Virus record (IMG/VR): IMGVR_UViG_2778261452_000005
Direction: 5' to 3' (one strand)
Origin: a virus
Taxonomy: Duplodnaviria; Heunggongvirae; Uroviricota; Caudoviricetes
Length of the DNA: 34,108 nt
Shown here one piece after another: positions 8,834-17,735 of this stretch. The notes beneath the pieces are model-generated. The model was not told the DNA's origin, made no database searches, and saw only the letters and a program-made list of their open reading frames with translations. Numbering within the stretch: position 1 is the first letter of the stretch; every line of letters begins with the position of its first letter. The position numbers and the translations under genes are program-made.

Positions 8834-9379
8834 ATGGACGTTATAACTGGAGTTGCAGAGTTTTTTCGAAAAGTACCTGCAGCATTTCTTGTGGCTATTA
8901 CATGTGTTTTAGGTCTTATACTTTTTCTGCCAGACTCTTTGGCAGTAAAAGTGGCTGTTGATGGCTTTCGTAATGAGTATAGGATTTTTATTGGACCTGC
9001 ATTTTTACTGTCTGTATCTTATTTAGTTGCAAGAGTCTATCTCTCTTTCTATGACTTACTTGGTGAAAGGCAGGCTAAGAAGGTACGCACTTCCTACCTT
9101 GAGAAGCTAACAGCAGAAGAAAAAGGATATTTAAAGTCTTATATTACCGAAGGTGTTAATTCACTTATGTGTGGGCCTGAGGATGGGGTCATGGGGGGAC
9201 TTGTGGCTAAGGGGATTACTTATAGAGCCACCAGTGTTGGGGATATGATCTACGGTTTTGCTTTCAACTTACAGCCATGGGCGCGTGAACATTTAGAGAA
9301 AAATAGTCATTTATTAGATGGGGCTATTGGGCGTGCAATGACTCCAAGAGAAAAATTAAACTTTAGATTGGGACGCTAA
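8834..9379 (+). CDS. Hypothetical inner-membrane protein (181 aa, two N-terminal TM helices); possible superinfection-exclusion/abortive-infection candidate
   Basis: GGAGGT SD; two hydrophobic helices (about aa 14-35 and 51-71) and a soluble C-terminal domain; lies between the cos-like site and the portal gene, where P2 has no gene. Confidence 0.6.
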   Translation: MDVITGVAEFFRKVPAAFLVAITCVLGLILFLPDSLAVKVAVDGFRNEYRIFIGPAFLLSVSYLVARVYLSFYDLLGERQAKKVRTSYLEKLTAEEKGYLKSYITEGVNSLMCGPEDGVMGGLVAKGITYRATSVGDMIYGFAFNLQPWAREHLEKNSHLLDGAIGRAMTPREKLNFRLGR

Positions 9380-9408
9380 CCAGTCACACATTACCAATGT
9401 GTGACTGG
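9380..9408. terminator. Perfect 11-bp inverted repeat between convergent genes (likely terminator)
   Basis: CCAGTCACACA-ttaccaa-TGTGTGACTGG directly after stop 9377-9379, followed by a T-rich tract. Confidence 0.5.
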
Positions 9409-9423
9409 TGGTGGTTATTTCTT

Positions 9424-10458
9424 TTATTCAATGTCAAATTTATATGGTTCAAAAGAAATAACCTTTTCCCCCAACCACTCATTTAGTTCTTCGAGTCTTT
9501 TTTGTAGCGGTATTAACTCATTACGGACAAAGACGCGGCTGGCTTTTTCCACATCACCAAAGCCGCCGGTATTGTTAGGAATAATGCCCATCATCTGCGG
9601 CGGTACGCGGTGTGCTGCCATCATGTCATCGCGGCTCACGTTCTTAATGTTCAGAAATTCATCCTTTGCTGCAACCTCAGACAGTGGGATGATCTGGATG
9701 CCGTCTTTTTTACCGTTGGGCGAATACATAAACAGGTTGCGGAAGTTGCCCGGACCTTTGGCGCTTTTCATCGCGTTGCGGAGGTTGTTCACATCCTCCT
9801 GGTTCTGCGCGGCGTCAGTCATATACATGATGAAGCCTGCATGGCTGCCGTTGATGTAATACTTACGGCGGAACAGCGTGGCGGACTCGTTGAGCAGGGC
9901 TGACGGAATGGCAGAAAGATAACCGGGCAGGCCGTAGATCTCCTGATTAATATCCGGTTCCATCAGATGAAAAATGCTGCCTTTCGTGAACTGATACGGC
10001 TGGGTTGTCATACCGTATTGCACAAACCAGTAGGTATCCAGGTCTAATCCGCGTCGGGTGTATTTTGCCAGCGCAGGTTCAAGGGCGATCACTTCACCGA
10101 AGCGGTTCGTGCGTTTCTCCAGATAGGCATTGCCAAATACCAGATAGTCCTGCACAAAACGCGAAAAAGCCTGCTGGCTGAGCAGCGGGTGAGGGATGTA
10201 GGTACTGGTCAGAATGTTGCACTTTACTGCAATCGGGGAACTGTGATGCACTGCAGCGCGGAAGGTGCGCGCCAGTCCGTCAAAGCTGACGGGCGGCTCA
10301 TACCAACGGTCCATCTGTACGCATTCCACATAGTCCAGTAATTCTCGGCGGTCCAGAACAGGAACGGGATCGCCGAAGCTGAATGCTTCGGCTGTAGTTT
10401 GACTTTTAAGCTGGATCTGTTTCGTCGCCGCAGCGCGGTTCTTCTTACTCTTTCCCAT
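9424..10458 (-). CDS. Q: Portal protein (P2 gpQ-like)
   Basis: 344 aa from ATG 10456-10458 (track ORF starts at TTG 10461); length and position match P2 Q; overlaps the P stop. Confidence 0.85.
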   Translation of the reverse strand: MGKSKKNRAAATKQIQLKSQTTAEAFSFGDPVPVLDRRELLDYVECVQMDRWYEPPVSFDGLARTFRAAVHHSSPIAVKCNILTSTYIPHPLLSQQAFSRFVQDYLVFGNAYLEKRTNRFGEVIALEPALAKYTRRGLDLDTYWFVQYGMTTQPYQFTKGSIFHLMEPDINQEIYGLPGYLSAIPSALLNESATLFRRKYYINGSHAGFIMYMTDAAQNQEDVNNLRNAMKSAKGPGNFRNLFMYSPNGKKDGIQIIPLSEVAAKDEFLNIKNVSRDDMMAAHRVPPQMMGIIPNNTGGFGDVEKASRVFVRNELIPLQKRLEELNEWLGEKVISFEPYKFDIE

Positions 10459-12224
10459 CAAAAAATCTCCACAATATTGCTGGTATTGGCGGATTCGCCC
10501 TGCAGCGGTTCGTTAAACAGTGCGTGCATCGTTGCCCAGGCCAGATCGGCATGGCTGGCTTCTTCGCTGCGGCTGGCTTCATAGGTCGGGCGGTTGCCAC
10601 TGGCGGTGGTGGCGCGACGGATTGCCATGAATGACTGCGCAATGTCGGTGTGCCCGGCGTCAAACTCCAGACGGCGGTGGCTGATAATGTCGTAGGCCTT
10701 GAGTACCAGGGCGTTTTTAACGTTGGGGTTGTAGACAAACTCCCGGACGGCAGGAAAGAACGCTTTCACGTTCTCATAAACCCCGTGACCAACGCCGGTT
10801 GAGTCGATGCCGATATAGGTCACGTTGTACTGTTCGGTCAGTTTTTTGATGGCGTCAGCCTGGGCGCGAAAGTCCATCCCGCGCCACTGGTGACGCTCAA
10901 GAATGCGGAACTTGCCGCCCGGCACGGCTGGCGGTGCCACCACCACGCATCCGGCACTGTCGCCGTTCTGCGTACCTTTCGCCGGGTCATAACCGATCCA
11001 CACTTCGCGCCAGCCAAATGGGCGCAGTGCCAGTGCATGAAAGTCGGTCCAGACTTCCCAGCTGTCCACCATGCACGCCTGCAGCTCGCTGAGTGGGAAC
11101 ACAGACGCGAGATCGTCCACAAACTCGCACATCAGCAGGTTCTGGTATTCGTCCGGGCTGTACTCCATGCGTAACTGATCGAGGTCGAACAGGTTACATC
11201 CGCCGCGCACTGCATCTTCCACGGTGACAATCTGGCGGTATTGCCCATCTGCGCACAGCAGGCCGGGGGCCAGATTGCTGTGGGACAGGTCGATGTCCAC
11301 CTTATCTGCTTTGTTGCGCCCACGGTTGAATAGCGCACCGGACCAGAACGGATAAGCACTGTGTGTCAGGCTGGATGGCGTGGAAAAATAGGTTTGTCGC
11401 CATTTCTTGTGAATAGCCATACCGGAAGCCACTTTGCGCAGCTCCTGGAATTTCGGTATCCAGAAATATTCATCCAGATACAGGTTGCCGTGATAACTCT
11501 GGGCCGTGCGGGCATTGGTGCCGAGGAAGTAAAGCGTGGCCCCGTTAGGAAGCACCATCGGATCGCCTTTCAACTCCACCTCCACTTCTTTGGCGAAGTC
11601 GATGATGTACTGCTTAAAGACGTGGGCCTGTGCCTTGCTGGCGGAAAGGAAAATCTGGTTACGTCCGGTCAGCAGGGCGTCAATCAGGGCTTCACGGGCA
11701 AAGTAAAAGGTCGCGCCGATCTGGCGTGACTTCAGCAGGTTGCGGATGCGGTTGGTTTTTCCGGCTTCCCACCAGTGGCGCTGGTAGTTGAACATGGAGG
11801 AATGGAAGATTTCTTCCAGCTTCTCAATCTGCTCATCGGTGAAAACATTCTTTTCCGGCTGACGGCGTGGGCCTTTGTTGCGGTTGGCGACGTTAGGGTT
11901 TAAGTCGGATTCGTTGCCGCCATTGTTAAACTTGCCGATCCGCGCGTGGCGCTCAGACTGGCGCGCCAGCAGGTCAATCTCTTTGAAATCTTTCCCTTCT
12001 TTGTGCTCCTTCATAATGAGCTGGCAGTAGCGTGCGGCGGTGGTGAGCTGCATCTGATCCAGCGGCCCATAGTCACCCCACTTGTCGCGTTTTTTCCAGC
12101 TGTGAACGGTTGCAACTTTCTCGCCCAGCATTTCAGCAATGCGGGCTACGCGGTATCCCTGAAAGTACAGCAGCATGGCCTGCCGACGGGGATCGAGATC
12201 TGCGGGTGTCAGTGTGGTGTTCAT
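10458..12224 (-). CDS. P: Terminase large (ATPase) subunit (P2 gpP-like)
   Basis: 588 aa; divergent from O; size and position as P2 P. Confidence 0.85.
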   Translation of the reverse strand: MNTTLTPADLDPRRQAMLLYFQGYRVARIAEMLGEKVATVHSWKKRDKWGDYGPLDQMQLTTAARYCQLIMKEHKEGKDFKEIDLLARQSERHARIGKFNNGGNESDLNPNVANRNKGPRRQPEKNVFTDEQIEKLEEIFHSSMFNYQRHWWEAGKTNRIRNLLKSRQIGATFYFAREALIDALLTGRNQIFLSASKAQAHVFKQYIIDFAKEVEVELKGDPMVLPNGATLYFLGTNARTAQSYHGNLYLDEYFWIPKFQELRKVASGMAIHKKWRQTYFSTPSSLTHSAYPFWSGALFNRGRNKADKVDIDLSHSNLAPGLLCADGQYRQIVTVEDAVRGGCNLFDLDQLRMEYSPDEYQNLLMCEFVDDLASVFPLSELQACMVDSWEVWTDFHALALRPFGWREVWIGYDPAKGTQNGDSAGCVVVAPPAVPGGKFRILERHQWRGMDFRAQADAIKKLTEQYNVTYIGIDSTGVGHGVYENVKAFFPAVREFVYNPNVKNALVLKAYDIISHRRLEFDAGHTDIAQSFMAIRRATTASGNRPTYEASRSEEASHADLAWATMHALFNEPLQGESANTSNIVEIF

Positions 12225-12270
12225 GGCACAAACCTACAGCCTTGAATGAAGGCTTTCCCCGCCTGCGGTT

Positions 12271-12288
12271 TGTGTGGTTGTCGGTACA
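12271..12288. promoter_or_regulatory. Late-promoter activator site (TGT-N12-ACA dyad, Ogr/B type) in the P-O divergent region
   Basis: TGTGTGGTTGTCGGTACA between divergent P and O; matches the Ogr-dependent late promoter signature of P2/186/P4. Confidence 0.55.
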
Positions 12289-12366
12289 AATACCGCGCAT
12301 TGTTTCACTGCCCCCATCACCGTAACCATAAGGCTCCAGTAAGTTTTTTCTAACGGAGCACGGCTC

Positions 12367-13200
12367 ATGACAGTGAAAGCAAAGCGTTTTCGCATCGGGG
12401 TGGAAGGTGCCACTACCGACGGACGCGAAATCCAGCGTGAATGGCTGGAACAGATGGCAGCCAGCTACAATCCGGCGGTGTACACCGCGCTGATTAACCT
12501 TGAGCACATCAAGTCTTATCTTCCGGACAGCACCTTTAACCGCTACGGCAAGGTGACGGCGCTGTTTGCTGAAGAAATCACGGAAGGTCCGCTGGCAGGC
12601 AAGATGGCACTGTATGCCGACGTTGAGCCAACGGAGTCCTTGGTGGAACTGGTGAAAAAAGGCCAGAAATTATTCACCTCTATGGAAGTCAGCCCGAAGT
12701 TTGCTGATACGGGCAAAGCCTACCTGGTCGGCCTGGCTGCCACTGATGATCCCGCCAGTCTGGGTACGGAAATGCTGACATTCAGCGCCAGTGCAGCCCA
12801 TAACCCGCTGGCAAACCGCAAGCAGAATCCCGCCAATCTTTTTACCGCTGCAGAGGAAACGGTGATCGAACTGGAAGAAGTCCAGGAGGACAAGCCGTCC
12901 CTGTTTGCCCGCGTCACGGCGCTGTTCACCAAAAAAGAGCAGTCCGATGATGCACGGTTCTCTGATGTGCATAAGGCCGTGGAACTGGTCGCCACTGAGC
13001 AGCAAAACCTGAGCACGCGCACCGAAAAATTCCTGTCTGAGCAGGAAGAACGCCTGTCTGAGATGGAGACTGCCCTGCAGGCACAACAAGCCGCCTTTAA
13101 CGAACTGGTGGATAAGCTGAGTCATGAAGACAGCCGCCAGGACTACCGCCAGCGTGCAACAGGCGGTAACGCCCCCGCTGACACTCTGACCAATTGCTGA
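12367..13200 (+). CDS. O: Capsid scaffolding protein (P2 gpO-like)
   Basis: 277 aa, first gene of the rightward late operon, before the major capsid gene. Confidence 0.85.
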   Translation: MTVKAKRFRIGVEGATTDGREIQREWLEQMAASYNPAVYTALINLEHIKSYLPDSTFNRYGKVTALFAEEITEGPLAGKMALYADVEPTESLVELVKKGQKLFTSMEVSPKFADTGKAYLVGLAATDDPASLGTEMLTFSASAAHNPLANRKQNPANLFTAAEETVIELEEVQEDKPSLFARVTALFTKKEQSDDARFSDVHKAVELVATEQQNLSTRTEKFLSEQEERLSEMETALQAQQAAFNELVDKLSHEDSRQDYRQRATGGNAPADTLTNC

Positions 13201-13216
13201 TGGAGCACAAAACCCG

Positions 13217-14275
13217 ATGAAGAAGAATACCCGCTTTGCTTTTAACGCTTACCTGCAGCAGCTGGCGCGTCTGAACGGTGTTGCAGTTGAAGAACTGTCC
13301 AGCAAGTTCACCGTCGAACCGTCCGTGCAGCAGACGCTGGAAGACCAGATCCAGCAGTCCGCCGCTTTCCTGACACTGATTAACGTCACGCCAGTGACTG
13401 AGCAGTCCGGTCAGTTGCTGGGGCTGGGTGTTGGCAGCACCATTGCCGGAACCACTGATACCACCGCGAAAGAGCGTGAACCTGTCGATCCGACGCTGAT
13501 GGTCGATGTGGAATATAAATGCGAGCAGACCAACTTTGACACGGTGCTGACCTACGCGAAGCTGGACCTGTGGGCGAAGTTTCAGGATTTCCAGGTGCGT
13601 ATCCGTGACGCCATCGTGAAACGTCAGGCACTGGACCGCATCATGATCGGCTTTAACGGCGTGAAGCGTGCGAAAACCTCCAACCGTAGCGAAAACCCGC
13701 TGCTGCAGGATGTGAATAAAGGCTGGCTGCAGAAAATCCGTGAGGATGCACCGGATCACGTCATGGGCAGCACCACCACGGGCGGTGAAACTACACCGGG
13801 TGCGGTGAAAGTCGGGAAAGGTGGCGAATATGCCAACCTGGACGCCGTAGTGATGGATGCCGTCAATGAGCTTATCGACGTGGTTTACCAGGACGATGAC
13901 GATCTGGTGGTTATTTGCGGGCGTGAACTGCTGTCTGACAAGTATTTCCCGCTGGTCAACAAAGAGCAGGAAAACAGTGAAAAACTGGCTGCCGATATGA
14001 TCATCAGTCAGAAACGCATGGGTGGCCTGCAGGCCGTGCGTGCGCCGTTCTTCCCGCCGAATGCGTTGCTAATCACCCGTCTGGATAACCTGTCCATCTA
14101 CTGGCAGGAAGACACCCGCCGCCGTTCAGTTATCGACAACCCGAAACGTGACCGGATTGAAAACTTTGAATCCGTTAACGAAGCCTATGTGGTTGAGGAC
14201 TACCGCTGCGCCGCACTGGTGGAAAACATCCAGATTGGCGATTTCAGCGCCGCTGCAGCAGAAGCCGGAGCGTAA
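13217..14275 (+). CDS. N: Major capsid protein (P2 gpN-like)
   Basis: 352 aa; position and size as P2 N. Confidence 0.85.
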   Translation: MKKNTRFAFNAYLQQLARLNGVAVEELSSKFTVEPSVQQTLEDQIQQSAAFLTLINVTPVTEQSGQLLGLGVGSTIAGTTDTTAKEREPVDPTLMVDVEYKCEQTNFDTVLTYAKLDLWAKFQDFQVRIRDAIVKRQALDRIMIGFNGVKRAKTSNRSENPLLQDVNKGWLQKIREDAPDHVMGSTTTGGETTPGAVKVGKGGEYANLDAVVMDAVNELIDVVYQDDDDLVVICGRELLSDKYFPLVNKEQENSEKLAADMIISQKRMGGLQAVRAPFFPPNALLITRLDNLSIYWQEDTRRRSVIDNPKRDRIENFESVNEAYVVEDYRCAALVENIQIGDFSAAAAEAGA

Positions 14276-14278
14276 CCT

Positions 14279-14929
14279 ATGAGCCTGAGTCCCGCACGGC
14301 AGCATCGCCTGCGCGTTCAGGCTGAACAGGCCGCCCGCGAGGGCGGCAGCGTTCGCCACGCATCTGGCTATGACCTGATGCTGCTGCAACTGGCGGAAGA
14401 CCGCCGCCGTCTCAAGGGCGTTCAGTCCACGGTCAAAAAAGCGGAAATAAAGGTGGAGCTGCTGCCGAAATATGCCGCCTGGGCGGAGGGCGTCCTGGCT
14501 GCCGGAGGCGCTCAACAGGATGACGTGCTGATGTACGTGATGCTGTGGCGCATTGATGCCGGAGATTATGCCGGGGCGCTGGAGATCGGGCGTCATGCCC
14601 TGCGTCATGGCTGGGTGATGCCGCTGGGTAACCGCAATGTGCAGACCGTACTGGCAGAGGAAATGGCAGATGCAGCGCAGAGCGCAATGCTTGCCGCCAC
14701 CGGCTTTGATGCCGATCTGTTGCTGCAGACGCTGGAGCTGACAGACGGTCTGGATATGCCGGACCAGTCACGGGCGCGTCTGCATAAAGCGATTGGCGCT
14801 GTTCTGAGTGAAAGCAATCCGGCTTCCGCCCTTAATCATCTCAACCATGCGTTACAGCTCGATCCCCGCTGTGGCGTGAAAAAAGACAAACAGCAGCTGG
14901 AGCGCAGACTGCGCAATGACAGCCGCTGA
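14279..14929 (+). CDS. M: Terminase small/endonuclease subunit (P2 gpM-like)
   Basis: 216 aa after N, as in P2. Confidence 0.8.
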   Translation: MSLSPARQHRLRVQAEQAAREGGSVRHASGYDLMLLQLAEDRRRLKGVQSTVKKAEIKVELLPKYAAWAEGVLAAGGAQQDDVLMYVMLWRIDAGDYAGALEIGRHALRHGWVMPLGNRNVQTVLAEEMADAAQSAMLAATGFDADLLLQTLELTDGLDMPDQSRARLHKAIGAVLSESNPASALNHLNHALQLDPRCGVKKDKQQLERRLRNDSR

Positions 14930-15024
14930 CAGAACGTGCCCCCGCGCACGGGCGGCACGGGGTGGCGAAAGGCACTGCCACATCAAAACCCCGTCCACCG
15001 CCCTTTATTTCAGGAGAAAGCAGC

Positions 15025-15489
15025 ATGAAGTTTGTTGCGCCAGAACAGGCACCGGAACAGGCGGAAATCATCAGAAATACGCCGTTCTGGCCTGATGTGG
15101 ACCTGTCGGAGTTTCGCAGCGTGATGCGCACTGATGGCACGGTGACGCAGCCGCGTTTAAAGCAGGTTGCGCTGTCGGCAATTTCGGAGGTCAACGCAGA
15201 GCTGTATGAGTTTCGCAGACGCCAGCAGATGCTGGGGTATGCCTCGCTGGCAGAAGTCCCAGCGGAACAACTGGACGGCAAAAGCGAGCGCATTCAGCAC
15301 TATTTCAACGCGGTTTACTGCTGGGCACGCGCCATGCTCAACGAACGTTACCAGGACTATGACGCCACGGCATCCGGTGTGAAGCGGGGCGAAGAACTGG
15401 CAGAAGCCAGCGGTGATTTGTGGCGTGACGCCCGCTGGGCCATCAGCCGGGTGCAGGATGCGCCGCACTGCACAGTGGAGCTTATCTGA
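15025..15489 (+). CDS. L: Head completion/stabilisation protein (P2 gpL-like)
   Basis: ATG 15025 with AGGAGA SD (track ORF begins upstream at 14962); position after M. Confidence 0.8.
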   Translation: MKFVAPEQAPEQAEIIRNTPFWPDVDLSEFRSVMRTDGTVTQPRLKQVALSAISEVNAELYEFRRRQQMLGYASLAEVPAEQLDGKSERIQHYFNAVYCWARAMLNERYQDYDATASGVKRGEELAEASGDLWRDARWAISRVQDAPHCTVELI

Positions 15490-15692
15490 TGAAAGTGCGT
15501 GCGCATCAGTATGACACGGTGGACGCGCTTTGCTGGCGTCATTACGGGCGCACGCAGGGTGTCACGGAGCAGGTACTGAAGGCAAATCCGGGGCTTGCCG
15601 AATACGGCCCCTTTTTACCTCACGGGCTGCAGGTGGAGCTGCCGGACATTCCGACCACCACCACCGTGCAGACCGTCCAGCTATGGGACTGA
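15489..15692 (+). CDS. X: Tail protein X (P2 gpX-like)
   Basis: 67 aa, same length and position as P2 X. Confidence 0.8.
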   Translation: MKVRAHQYDTVDALCWRHYGRTQGVTEQVLKANPGLAEYGPFLPHGLQVELPDIPTTTTVQTVQLWD

Positions 15693-15695
15693 ATT

Positions 15696-15911
15696 ATGAC
15701 GCTTGAGCGAATCAGCGCCTTTATCACGTATTGCATCGCCGTCGTGCTGGCCTGGCTGGGCGATTTGTCCATCAAGGATGCCTCAACGCTGGGCGGCCTG
15801 ATGATTGGTGTGCTGATGCTGGCTATCAACTGGTACTACAAACACAAAGCCTACCAGCTTCTGCGCGACGGGCAGATCTCGCGGGAGGACTATGAATCCA
15901 TCAATCGTTAA
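15696..15911 (+). CDS. Holin (small, two predicted TM segments; possible pinholin)
   Basis: 71 aa membrane protein immediately upstream of the endolysin, overlapping it. Confidence 0.7.
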   Translation: MTLERISAFITYCIAVVLAWLGDLSIKDASTLGGLMIGVLMLAINWYYKHKAYQLLRDGQISREDYESINR

Positions 15912-16404
15912 ACGCTGCCTTGTCGGGGCCGTGCTGGCTATTGCTGCCACGCTGCCGGGTTTTCAGCAGCTTCACACCTCCGTGGAGGGGCTGAAACTGA
16001 TTGCCGATTACGAAGGTTGTCGTCTGCAGCCGTATCAGTGCAGCGCGGGTGTCTGGACCGACGGCATTGGTAATACGTCAGGCGTCATTCCCGGCAAAAC
16101 CATTACGGAGCGACAGGCAGCAGAAGGGCTGATCTCCAACGTGCTGCGTGTGGAGCGGGCGCTGGAAAGGTGTGTGAAGCAACAGCCGCCGCAGAAGGTG
16201 TATGACGCTGCGGTGTCGTTTGCCTTCAACGTGGGAACGGGCAATGCCTGCAGTTCCACGCTGGTGAAATTACTCAATCAGCGGCGCTGGGCAGATGCGT
16301 GCCGACAGTTGCCGCGCTGGGTTTATGTGAAAGGTGTTTTTAATCAGGGGCTGGATAACCGCCGTGCGCGGGAGATGGCCTGGTGCTTACAGGGAGCAAA
16401 CTGA
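15892..16404 (+). CDS. Endolysin, phage lysozyme family with N-terminal SAR-like segment
   Basis: Gly/Ala-rich weakly hydrophobic N-terminus (CLVGAVLAIAATLPGF) followed by a YEG...GVWT.GIGNT lysozyme-like motif. Confidence 0.8.
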   Translation: MNPSIVKRCLVGAVLAIAATLPGFQQLHTSVEGLKLIADYEGCRLQPYQCSAGVWTDGIGNTSGVIPGKTITERQAAEGLISNVLRVERALERCVKQQPPQKVYDAAVSFAFNVGTGNACSSTLVKLLNQRRWADACRQLPRWVYVKGVFNQGLDNRRAREMAWCLQGAN

Positions 16405-16405
16405 A

Positions 16406-16783
16406 ATGAAAAAGAAATTAATCAGCGGACTGTTTCTGATGTTATGGATGGCGCTGTTAATCGCAGCAATGGTGTATCCGCAGGGGATTTTTCCGGTACT
16501 GGCAGAGTCCGGCGTTTGGGTAGCCTGTTTGCTGACATGGGCGGTAATTCCGGTAGCACTGGCTGCGTTAATTAAGAACGGCCCGCTCTGGCAGGAGTTA
16601 AGGGCATCTTTGCTGAAGACAATTACCCGAAAAGAAAACGTATTTACCAGTTGGGTGATGCGATTGCTGATTGTTGTAAGTCTCGCCTGGACGGGGTGGG
16701 CTATTACCCTGGTCTTTTATCTACTGACCGTTATTGCCTTCTGGATCACCCGTAATCAGATGGCGCAACAGGTAGCAGCATGA
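16406..16783 (+). CDS. Lysis-accessory membrane protein (LysA-like)
   Basis: ATG 16406 with AGGGAG SD; multi-TM protein between the endolysin and the spanins. Confidence 0.6.
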   Translation: MKKKLISGLFLMLWMALLIAAMVYPQGIFPVLAESGVWVACLLTWAVIPVALAALIKNGPLWQELRASLLKTITRKENVFTSWVMRLLIVVSLAWTGWAITLVFYLLTVIAFWITRNQMAQQVAA

Positions 16784-17208
16784 ACCGGTTGCTGCTGGTT
16801 GTGCTGGCGTTATTACTGGCGGCGCTGGGCTGGCAGACGTGGCGGCTGGCTGATGCCAGCCAGACCATCAGCACGCAGGCAGACGAGCTGCAGAGCAAAA
16901 GCCATGCACTGGCAAAGAGCAACAGCCAGCTTATCAGCCTGTCCATTCTGACTGAAACCAATAACCGGGAGCAGGCGCGGCTCTATGCCGAAGCAGAACA
17001 GACCAGCGCACAGCTGAGACAACGACAACGCCGGATCGAGGAACTGAAACGTGAGAACGAGGATTTACGCCGCTGGGCTGATACTCCTTTGCCTGCTGAC
17101 ATTATCCGGCTGCGGGAACGTCCGGCACTCACCGGAGGTGCAGGTTACCGTCAGTGGTTGTCCGCGAGTGACGCCGTGTCGGCTGGAGCAGGCAGCGCCA
17201 CGCACTAA
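16780..17208 (+). CDS. i-spanin (Rz / LysB-like)
   Basis: N-terminal TM segment, then a charged coiled-coil-like periplasmic domain with a Pro-rich C-terminus. Confidence 0.75.
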   Translation: MNRLLLVVLALLLAALGWQTWRLADASQTISTQADELQSKSHALAKSNSQLISLSILTETNNREQARLYAEAEQTSAQLRQRQRRIEELKRENEDLRRWADTPLPADIIRLRERPALTGGAGYRQWLSASDAVSAGAGSATH

Positions 17209-17341
17209 CGGTGGTCTGAACGCATTGCTGGATGAAACGGAGGCCGCCTGGGCGGTCTGTGCAGACAAAGTGGACATGATTATTGCGTGTCAGGAGCGAA
17301 ACAGTGAACAAACCACAATCCCTGCGCCACGCCCTCAATAA
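17051..17341 (+). CDS. o-spanin lipoprotein (Rz1 / LysC-like), overlapping the i-spanin in another frame
   Basis: GTG 17051 with GAGGAA SD; lipobox LTLSGC; Pro-rich; overlaps the 3' end of the Rz-like gene. Confidence 0.75.
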   Translation: MRTRIYAAGLILLCLLTLSGCGNVRHSPEVQVTVSGCPRVTPCRLEQAAPRTNGGLNALLDETEAAWAVCADKVDMIIACQERNSEQTTIPAPRPQ

Positions 17342-17735
17342 AGCAGTGCCTTATGTCCGCAATAACCCGGACAAACTGCATCTGTTTGTGGATAACGGTT
17401 CGCTGGTTGCCACGGGGGCCAGCTCCATGTCATGGGAGTACCGCTATACCCTGAACGTGGTGATAGAGGATTTCAGCGGCGACCAGAATCTGCTGATGGC
17501 CCCGGTTTTGCTGTGGCTGCGGGATAACCAGCCCGATGCCATCAATAACCCGGCGTTACGGGAAAAGCTATTCACCTTTGAGGTGGATATTCTGCGCAAC
17601 GATGTCTGTGATATCAGCCTTAACCTGCAACTGACGGAGCGTGTGCTGGTCAGCACTGACGGCAGTGTGTCGAACGTTGAAGCGGTAGCGGAACCTGATG
17701 AACCTGAAGAAATGTGGACGGTGAAACGTGGATGA
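17304..17735 (+). CDS. R: Tail completion protein (P2 gpR-like)
   Basis: GTG 17304 with AGGAG SD (track ORF from TTG 17283); position as P2 R. Confidence 0.8.
   Translation: MNKPQSLRHALNKAVPYVRNNPDKLHLFVDNGSLVATGASSMSWEYRYTLNVVIEDFSGDQNLLMAPVLLWLRDNQPDAINNPALREKLFTFEVDILRNDVCDISLNLQLTERVLVSTDGSVSNVEAVAEPDEPEEMWTVKRG

Noticed and set aside
9401-9903. Plus-strand ORFs 9401..9859 and 9610..9903
   Set aside because: Antisense to the portal gene; no RBS; low-complexity translations.
12213-12230. Additional TGT-N12-ACA dyad overlapping the P start codon
   Set aside because: It lies downstream of any plausible P promoter, so it may be coincidental; kept only as a note in the late-promoter finding.
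14962-15024. Upstream extension of the L ORF
   Set aside because: The internal ATG at 15025 has a canonical SD and gives a P2 L-like length.
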